A stretch of DNA of 20,856 nucleotides. Source: Verrucomicrobia bacterium GWF2_51_19. GTDB taxonomy: Bacteria; Verrucomicrobiota; Verrucomicrobiia; Opitutales; UBA12508. Below, one piece after another: positions 14,979-20,856 of the stretch (the first letter of the stretch is position 1; each line of letters opens with the position of its first letter). Position numbers and translations under genes: made by a program. The stretch spans positions 1 through 20,856 of the forward strand of contig MIDP01000027.1 in the NCBI GenBank assembly GCA_001831095.1, written 5' to 3'. Below the pieces are notes generated by a model, which did no database searches, was not told where the DNA came from, and saw only the letters and a program-made list of their open reading frames with translations.

Positions 14979-16153
14979 AAATGGTACATTTTACAAAAAG
15001 TTTGCAAACGTTCAATCCCTTTTTCGATCGTCGCATCGGACGTCGCGTATGAAAGCCGAATGCAGGTGTCGTCGCCAAACGCGATGCCCGGAACGACAGC
15101 CACCTGCTGTTCTTGGAGCAGTTTGTCGGCAAAGGCGGATGAGGCACCAAAGTTCTCGATCGAGGGAAAGAGGTAAAACGCGCCCTGACTCTTAAAGACG
15201 CGCATGCCGTCGATGGCGCTGAGGCCGCTGTAAAGGAGCTTCCGGCGACGGTCGAAGGCCTGCCGCATGGATTCTACAGAGGCTTTTGAGAGAGCCTCGT
15301 TCTGTAACGCCGCCAGAGCTCCATATTGGGCGAACGTCGTTGCATTCGACGTCATGTGGCTCTGAAGGTTGTCCATGGCCTCGGCAATCCCCTTTTCGGC
15401 GACACTGTAACCGAGCCGCCAACCCGTCATTGCAAAGGTCTTTGAAAAGCCGCCTGTCGTGATGACGTACGGGAAGTAGTCCGCAACTGAGGCCGGTGAA
15501 AAGTGTTGAACGCCATCGTAGACGAGCGCCTCGTAGATCTCGTCGGACATGACATAAATGCCCTCGTGGACACAGTAATCGACCAGGGCGCAAATCTCTT
15601 CCTTGGAATAGACGGTGCCCGTCGGGTTTGACGGACTGTTGAGAATAAACAGCCGCGTCCGGTCGGTCTTGGCCGCACGGAGGTCATCGACGGTCACCTT
15701 AAATGCGCTGGCGAACGTCGTTTTCAGGAAGATGGGTGTGGCGCCTGCCAGGCGGACCATTTCGGGGTAACTCAGCCAATAGGGTGAGGGAATCAAGACC
15801 TCGTCTCCCGGACTGCAGACGGCCATGACGGCGAGATGACAGGAGAATTTGCCACCCGGACTGACGATAATGTTCTTTTCGGAAAGGCCAGTGAGGCCAT
15901 TTTCGCACTCGTACTTTTTTGCGATCGCCTGCCGGAGAGGAAGAAGGCCAGCCGACGGCAAGTACTTTGTTTTCCCGTCCCGAAGCGCCTGTATGCAGGC
16001 CTCTTTGATGAAATCAGGGGTGTCGAAATCGGGCTCGCCCGATCCGAATTCGCAGATGTCCTTGCCAGCCGCCTTGAGAGCCTTTGCTTTGGCGGAAATG
16101 GCAAGGGTCAGTGATGGACTGATCTGTCTAGCCCAAATTGATAGTTGTTTCAT
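14975..16153 (-). CDS. Class-I (subgroup Ib) aspartate/aromatic aminotransferase, PLP-dependent
   Basis: 392 aa. FGSGEPDFDTP, NSPSNPTG, GGFSKTFAMTGWRLGY (PLP lysine). Start overlaps the MATE stop (ATGA). Confidence 0.92.
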   Translation of the reverse strand: MKQLSIWARQISPSLTLAISAKAKALKAAGKDICEFGSGEPDFDTPDFIKEACIQALRDGKTKYLPSAGLLPLRQAIAKKYECENGLTGLSEKNIIVSPGGKFSCHLAVMAVCSPGDEVLIPSPYWLSYPEMVRLAGATPIFLKTTFASAFKVTVDDLRAAKTDRTRLFILNSPSNPTGTVYSKEEICALVDYCVHEGIYVMSDEIYEALVYDGVQHFSPASVADYFPYVITTGGFSKTFAMTGWRLGYSVAEKGIAEAMDNLQSHMTSNATTFAQYGALAALQNEALSKASVESMRQAFDRRRKLLYSGLSAIDGMRVFKSQGAFYLFPSIENFGASSAFADKLLQEQQVAVVPGIAFGDDTCIRLSYATSDATIEKGIERLQTFCKMYHL

Positions 16154-17499
16154 ATTTTGCTACAGATGCGTTTAAAGGTGTACCGATATCGAAGGTAATA
16201 CGCGATGGTAACGCTCCAAATGCCGATGCCGATGCCGACCCAGAGTCCAACACCGTTCCAATGCAAGGGAAATGCGAGCCAGTAGGCGAGTGTCAAGGTG
16301 ATGACAAAGTAGATCAAAAATCCTAAAAGCGTCGGAATAAGGATGTCGTGGAGTCCCCGTAACGCGGCAAGGGTGATCACTTGTATGCCGTCACCGATCT
16401 GTGCCCACGACCAAATGGCCAAAAATTGTACCGCCATTGCAATGACCAGCTCGTTGTCGATGAAACACCGCGCGATCGGCCTACCGAGCGTTAGGGAGAT
16501 CAGGCTGCACACCGACATAAAGATAAAGGATAACCAAAGGCTGGAATTGACGATGCGTCTAACCTCAGCCCAGTCGCCCGCTCCACTCGCATGTCCAACG
16601 CGTATCGTCGTGGCAAAGCCGATCCCCAATGGCACCATGAAACACACGCTGACGAATTGGCCAACAATTTGGTGAGCGGCCAGGGTGTCTTTCCCAATCC
16701 AGCCCATCATGAAAGATAAACAGATAAAAGTGCCCCATTCAAACAGAATTTGCAGACTGATGGGCATCCCCGTTACAAAGATCTTTCGGAAACGTTTGAA
16801 TTGCGTGTCAAAGACGTTCAAGAGGCTCCAATGGACATTCAGTGGCTTTCGCGAGAGGACGTAGTAGAGCAAGATGGCAAAGCTCACCATGCGGGAGAGG
16901 AAGGTGGCCACGGCCGCTCCCTTGACACCCATAAATGGAAATCCCCAGTTACCGAAAATCAGCAGCCAATTGAGAAAGATGTTGAGCACGACGCCGACAT
17001 TCAGCATCCAAAAGGGCGCCCAGATGCGTCGGTGACATTCGCAAAAATTCTTGACCGCCTGGCAGCCAAACGCGAAGACGAGCGACCACATTGTCCACGG
17101 AGTGTATTCTTTAGCGCCGTCGACCACGGCCGAATTTTGGCCAAAAAATTCAAGACAACGTGGGTAGAGCTCAAAGAAAAGGCCGGCCATTATGCCATAG
17201 GCAAGCATCAACCATAGCCCGTGCTTGAAGGAATTAAGGGCGTCGTTGGGCCGCTTTGCACCGAGAGATTGTGAAACCAGGACGTGAATCGCCGATCCAA
17301 ACCCGAGCCCAAAAATCAAAAACACCGTCACGACACTCGACCCAAAGGCAACGGCCGCGAGCGGCGCCACACCCAATCGACCGACCATGATGTTGTCACT
17401 CAGCTGGATGACCATTTGCCCGATTTGGCCCATAATCATGGGGAGCGCAAACAACATCGTCTGCTTGATTTCGGAAAAAGTTGAGAGACGGCGTAACAT
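16150..17499 (-). CDS. MATE family efflux transporter
   Basis: 449 aa, about 12 hydrophobic segments. N-terminal LFALPMIMGQIGQMVIQLSDNIMVGRLG is typical of NorM/DinF-type MATE proteins. Confidence 0.9.
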   Translation of the reverse strand: MLRRLSTFSEIKQTMLFALPMIMGQIGQMVIQLSDNIMVGRLGVAPLAAVAFGSSVVTVFLIFGLGFGSAIHVLVSQSLGAKRPNDALNSFKHGLWLMLAYGIMAGLFFELYPRCLEFFGQNSAVVDGAKEYTPWTMWSLVFAFGCQAVKNFCECHRRIWAPFWMLNVGVVLNIFLNWLLIFGNWGFPFMGVKGAAVATFLSRMVSFAILLYYVLSRKPLNVHWSLLNVFDTQFKRFRKIFVTGMPISLQILFEWGTFICLSFMMGWIGKDTLAAHQIVGQFVSVCFMVPLGIGFATTIRVGHASGAGDWAEVRRIVNSSLWLSFIFMSVCSLISLTLGRPIARCFIDNELVIAMAVQFLAIWSWAQIGDGIQVITLAALRGLHDILIPTLLGFLIYFVITLTLAYWLAFPLHWNGVGLWVGIGIGIWSVTIAYYLRYRYTFKRICSKI

Positions 17500-17500
17500 A

Positions 17501-18706
17501 TCAAAAATTTGTATAGATGGCTAAAAGAATGATGACCACGCCAGCCAACAGAGCGCCAATTAGGGTGACGGTTCCGCCGGGCGCGCGGTAATCAATCGCG
17601 TAATGGCCGATACGACGTATTTTGAAGACGACGCAAGCAGGAATCAGGACAGCGAAGATACTGAACATGATCGCCGCGTAGCTCAAGACCGTTATAAAGC
17701 CATTTGGATAGATAAGAGAGATTCCGATTGGCAGTACGAGGGTGAGCAAGGTAGTTATCAGTCGTCCCTTGGCATTGGAAGACATTTTGAAGAGAGTGGC
17801 CAAGTAGTCGAAGAGACCGAGCCCAACGCCTAAAAAGGACGTCGACAAGGCCAAAAGCGAAAAGCTGCTCGTTAGGATCATGAGCTGGGGGGCGGTTGTC
17901 AGCTTGTTTAACTCGCCTAAAAAGGCGCCCAGGTCGTTGTTTTCCGCAAAAACATTCGCAAAACTGACATCGCCAGTCGCCGGCAAACTGCCCAAACAAC
18001 AGAAGACCCACGTGATGTAGATGACGAGCGGCAACAGGCTGCCCACGACGAAAATGTGCTTCAGCCGGGAAACGTTTTCCGGACCAACGTAATCGACAAT
18101 CGTGTGAATGCAGGTGTGAAAGCCAAAGGCCGTGAAAAAGATGGGAATGGCCAAGCTAAAGGCGTCAAAGCGCACGGGAATGTCGGCATTGAGGTTTTTA
18201 AAGTCGATAAAGTGATTGAGAGAAAACAGCACGAGGACCAAACACGTGATTTTTGCCGTAAACAAGATGCGGTTGGCATAGTCAACGGCCTTCGTGTGAA
18301 AGAATACAAAAATTCCCAAGATGCCCGCAAATAGGCATTGGAGGACTTGTGTTGAAAGGGGGATGTCGAGCAATTCCTGCAAAATACTGCCGCCGCCCGC
18401 GGTAAACGCCGCCAACAACGCGTAGAGCAAGAGAAGAAAGGAGAGACTCGCCGTGATATTTCCCCAAGCTCCCAAAAAGCGCTTGGCCGCCGTACCGATC
18501 GCAATGCCCTTGCCGACGTACAGGTTTATCTCGAGGGACAAGAGCGCGACATACGCCATCAAGCTCCACATGGCAACAAAGAGCCCAAGACTCTTCCAAA
18601 ACCCAATTTGCGCCGCCGTGATAGGAAGGGCCAACATCCCCGCTCCCAGACCCATGCCGGCAATAATTAAGATGGATCCAATGTATTTTCCCGTAGACCG
18701 TTTCAT
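17501..18706 (-). CDS. Aromatic amino-acid permease, HAAAP family (Mtr/TnaB/TyrP-like)
   Basis: 401 aa, about 11 hydrophobic segments. N-terminus GKYIGSILIIAGMGLGAGMLALPITAAQIGFW is typical of Tyr/Trp-specific permeases. Stop lies 1 nt before the MATE ATG. Confidence 0.82.
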   Translation of the reverse strand: MKRSTGKYIGSILIIAGMGLGAGMLALPITAAQIGFWKSLGLFVAMWSLMAYVALLSLEINLYVGKGIAIGTAAKRFLGAWGNITASLSFLLLLYALLAAFTAGGGSILQELLDIPLSTQVLQCLFAGILGIFVFFHTKAVDYANRILFTAKITCLVLVLFSLNHFIDFKNLNADIPVRFDAFSLAIPIFFTAFGFHTCIHTIVDYVGPENVSRLKHIFVVGSLLPLVIYITWVFCCLGSLPATGDVSFANVFAENNDLGAFLGELNKLTTAPQLMILTSSFSLLALSTSFLGVGLGLFDYLATLFKMSSNAKGRLITTLLTLVLPIGISLIYPNGFITVLSYAAIMFSIFAVLIPACVVFKIRRIGHYAIDYRAPGGTVTLIGALLAGVVIILLAIYTNF

Positions 18707-18800
18707 CGCCCTCAGAAGATTTCAGAGACCGCACTTCCTGTCGAGCCAAAGTTTCGGATTTTAGCAAAAGATCATGGCAAAAGACCCTTTTGCAGCGGCC

Positions 18801-20060
18801 TTACAGGAGGCGTTGTTCTCTTTCCAATAGTGTCGGGTGGGAGTAATAGAAGGTGCTATAGAGGGGGTGAGGGACGAGGTTGGAGAGGTTTTTCTCGCTG
18901 AGTTTTTCGAGGGCGGACGTGAGTGGTGTGGCGGATCCGATGTGTAGTTTGGCAAAGGCGTCGGCCTCGTACTCATGTTTTCGAGACCAGGCGTTGAAGA
19001 GGGGCGTTGTCCAAAACGTGACGAGTCCACTGAGATAGGAGAAGAGCAGGAAAATGCAAATGATTCCCTGTGCGGGCGCGAAGCCGAAGGCCTCGTAAAA
19101 AGCAGGTTGCAGGCTCAGCCAATAGACGCAAAACAGTCCAACGAGCGTAAACAGGCCGCTCATAAGAATCATTTTGGGAACGTGGCCCTTTTTGTAATGG
19201 CCGATTTCATGTGCGAGAACGGCCTCAATTTGCTCGTGGGTCATCTGTTCGATAAGGGTGTCGAAGAGGACAATGCGTCGAAAGCGTCCAAATCCGGTGA
19301 AGTAGGCATTGGAGTGAGTCGAGCGCTTACTGCCGTCGATGACTTCTATGGTCTTTGCGGAAAATCCGGTGCGGTCGGCCAATTGAAACAGGCGCTCTTT
19401 GAGTTCGCCGTCCTTGAGCGGGCTGAGCTTGTTAAAGATGGGCAGGATCAGACGTGGGTAGAGGATCAACATGAGCAATTGAAAGCTGAAGAGCGCGACA
19501 AAGCCCCAAAACCACCAGGTTGACGGGTACAGCGTCACCATCCAGAGCAGGAGCGCCAAGACGGGCGTTCCAATGACGAACGACAGCAGCAGCTCTTTAA
19601 CTTTGTCCAAAACCCAGAGGCGGCGTGTGCTTTTATTGAATCCGAATCTCGCCTCCAGCGCAAATTGGTTGTAGTACTCGAGCGGCAGGGTTGGTATCGA
19701 GAGAACGACACCGATGGCCAAAAACGACAACGCATTACCCCAGATCCCGCTTCCCCAGACGTTTCCAAAGAGATCAAGCATCCATGGCAGCCATTTACCC
19801 AAAATCACGACGGCCAAAATCATGGCACCAAAGAGGGTCTCCAGGACATCAAATTGCAACTTGGCGAGGGTGTACGTGAGGCTCTTGTCAAACACCTCTT
19901 GCGTGCAAAACCCACGAAATGATTCCGGCACCGTTCCTTGATGTCCCGCCACGTGCTTCGCATTTAAAAACAGTAAGACTAGCTCAACGCCGATTTGGGC
20001 AATGAGCAACACAATAAAGGTATACACTAAAACGTTCACAAGAACAGCTTGATTCCTCAA
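18801..20060 (-). CDS. M48 family zinc metalloprotease, Ste24/CAAX-protease-like
   Basis: 419 aa. Multi-TM N-terminal half, NAYFTGFG, VLAHEIGHYKKGH (HExxH), C-terminal YSHPTLLERE. TTG start at 20060, with an in-frame GTG alternative at 20039. Confidence 0.9.
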   Translation of the reverse strand: MRNQAVLVNVLVYTFIVLLIAQIGVELVLLFLNAKHVAGHQGTVPESFRGFCTQEVFDKSLTYTLAKLQFDVLETLFGAMILAVVILGKWLPWMLDLFGNVWGSGIWGNALSFLAIGVVLSIPTLPLEYYNQFALEARFGFNKSTRRLWVLDKVKELLLSFVIGTPVLALLLWMVTLYPSTWWFWGFVALFSFQLLMLILYPRLILPIFNKLSPLKDGELKERLFQLADRTGFSAKTIEVIDGSKRSTHSNAYFTGFGRFRRIVLFDTLIEQMTHEQIEAVLAHEIGHYKKGHVPKMILMSGLFTLVGLFCVYWLSLQPAFYEAFGFAPAQGIICIFLLFSYLSGLVTFWTTPLFNAWSRKHEYEADAFAKLHIGSATPLTSALEKLSEKNLSNLVPHPLYSTFYYSHPTLLEREQRLL

Positions 20061-20084
20061 TAAATTTCTGCAACGCTAAACTCT

Positions 20085-20297
20085 ATGAATGTCACATTCG
20101 AAGAAGCCCTGAGCTCGTTAGAAAAGGTTGTGGAGACGCTCGAGACCGGCGATATCCCGCTGGCCGAGCTCGTCAAAAAGTACGAGGAAGGCCTCATGTT
20201 TTTAAAAATCTGCGAAAACCAACTGAAAGATGCCGAACTCAAAATCCAACAGATCTCCCAGGACAACACCCAAACGACCTTTAACGGCCTCGAATAG
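20085..20297 (+). CDS. xseB: Exodeoxyribonuclease VII small subunit
   Basis: 70 aa. FEEALSSLEKVVETLETGDIPLAELVKKYEEGLMFLKICENQL is the typical XseB helical hairpin. Confidence 0.9.
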   Translation: MNVTFEEALSSLEKVVETLETGDIPLAELVKKYEEGLMFLKICENQLKDAELKIQQISQDNTQTTFNGLE

Positions 20298-20319
20298 CCC
20301 GGAGCCTCAGCCAAGGAGC

Positions 20320-20655
20320 ATGAAGACGTACGCCTGCGAAGCGTGGAAGTTGCGCTATGGCAAGACACATGCAGCTGAGTCGATCATCGATATTGCCCTA
20401 AAAAAAGTTTTGGAATCAGCTAAGAAAAACGAAGAATCCAATGACGTCATAATGAAAAGCTGGAAGGATCTCGTCGGTCCGCAGGCGTCGCATCGTTGTA
20501 CGCCAATAACTTTCAGCGAGGGCTGCCTGACGGTTAGTGTTAACAATGCCACCCTGCGCAGCACACTCGAAATGCAAAAGTCGAAAATTCTGGAAAAGCT
20601 GAAAACGCTTCCCAATTGCCAAAACGCCCAGCGTATTCACTTTCAGGCCGGGTGA
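20320..20655 (+). CDS. DUF721 (DciA-like) family protein
   Basis: 111 aa from ATG 20320 (AAGGAG immediately upstream). WKDLVGPQASHRCTPITFSEGCLTVSVNNATLRSTLEMQKSKILEKL fits the DUF721 pattern W..lvG......t.p..f..g.L.v.v. The longer track ORF (20230) overlaps xseB and is rejected. Confidence 0.6.
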   Translation: MKTYACEAWKLRYGKTHAAESIIDIALKKVLESAKKNEESNDVIMKSWKDLVGPQASHRCTPITFSEGCLTVSVNNATLRSTLEMQKSKILEKLKTLPNCQNAQRIHFQAG

Positions 20656-20716
20656 GTGGCCCCTCCATGCCTATCTTGTCGCTTGTCAATCCATTCTGGC
20701 GGTATGGAACAGCTAA

Positions 20717-20856
20717 CCTCAATCATTAGCGAAGCTTTATTACTGCGCATCGGTTTTCCGATGAGCACTTGAATGCGTCATTTCATTACAAGTATTGACT
20801 CCATCCAACTCTGCGTGTGTCAACACGCCCTCGATGCGCCGTTAGAGAGCTCGGCG
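20717..20856 (-). repeat. Family-2 modular repeat, copy 3, inverted orientation, runs to the window edge
   Basis: The reverse complement reads CGCCGAGCTCTCTAACGGCgCATCGAGGGCG, then a ~62-nt insert, then CATCGGaaaaCCGATGCGC, then GTAATAAAGCTTCGCTAATGATTGAGG. The 24-mer is at 20720-20743. Confidence 0.8.

Overview
Bacterial chromosomal window of mid GC content (judged by eye) with 15 protein genes and one tRNA-Leu(CAG). The left third looks accessory. It holds an orphan multi-PAS histidine kinase, then a signal-peptide ankyrin-repeat protein and a class-3 lipase diverging across a ~560-bp AT-rich non-coding gap. The rest is housekeeping on the + strand: a divergent ftsZ, dnaK, groES-groEL, malQ and a yeast-Fcy1-type deaminase. 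The minus strand carries a tightly coupled operon (HAAAP-type aromatic amino-acid permease, MATE exporter, class-I aspartate aminotransferase, a CobW-like protein with a degenerate P-loop) and a Ste24-like M48 protease. xseB and a DUF721 gene follow on the + strand. I see no transposase, integrase, CRISPR array, toxin-antitoxin pair or recognisable defence operon, so I cannot support a claim of a novel protein-encoded system. The most unusual content is non-coding. (1) A family of ~120-130 nt imperfect palindromic elements has 5 full and 2 half copies, nearly all abutting gene 3' ends, and two of them bracket groES. (2) A modular hairpin-plus-24-mer repeat flanks the lipase gene and recurs inverted at the window end. 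Other points worth a second look are the eroded GTP-pocket motifs of FtsZ, an exact sigma-54 -24/-12 match just upstream of dnaK with no CIRCE operator seen, near-identical 99-bp ankyrin modules, and the CobW-like pseudo-NTPase. All homology calls come from motif recognition by eye, with no database search. Gene starts for ftsZ, the lipase, malQ and the M48 protease are uncertain.
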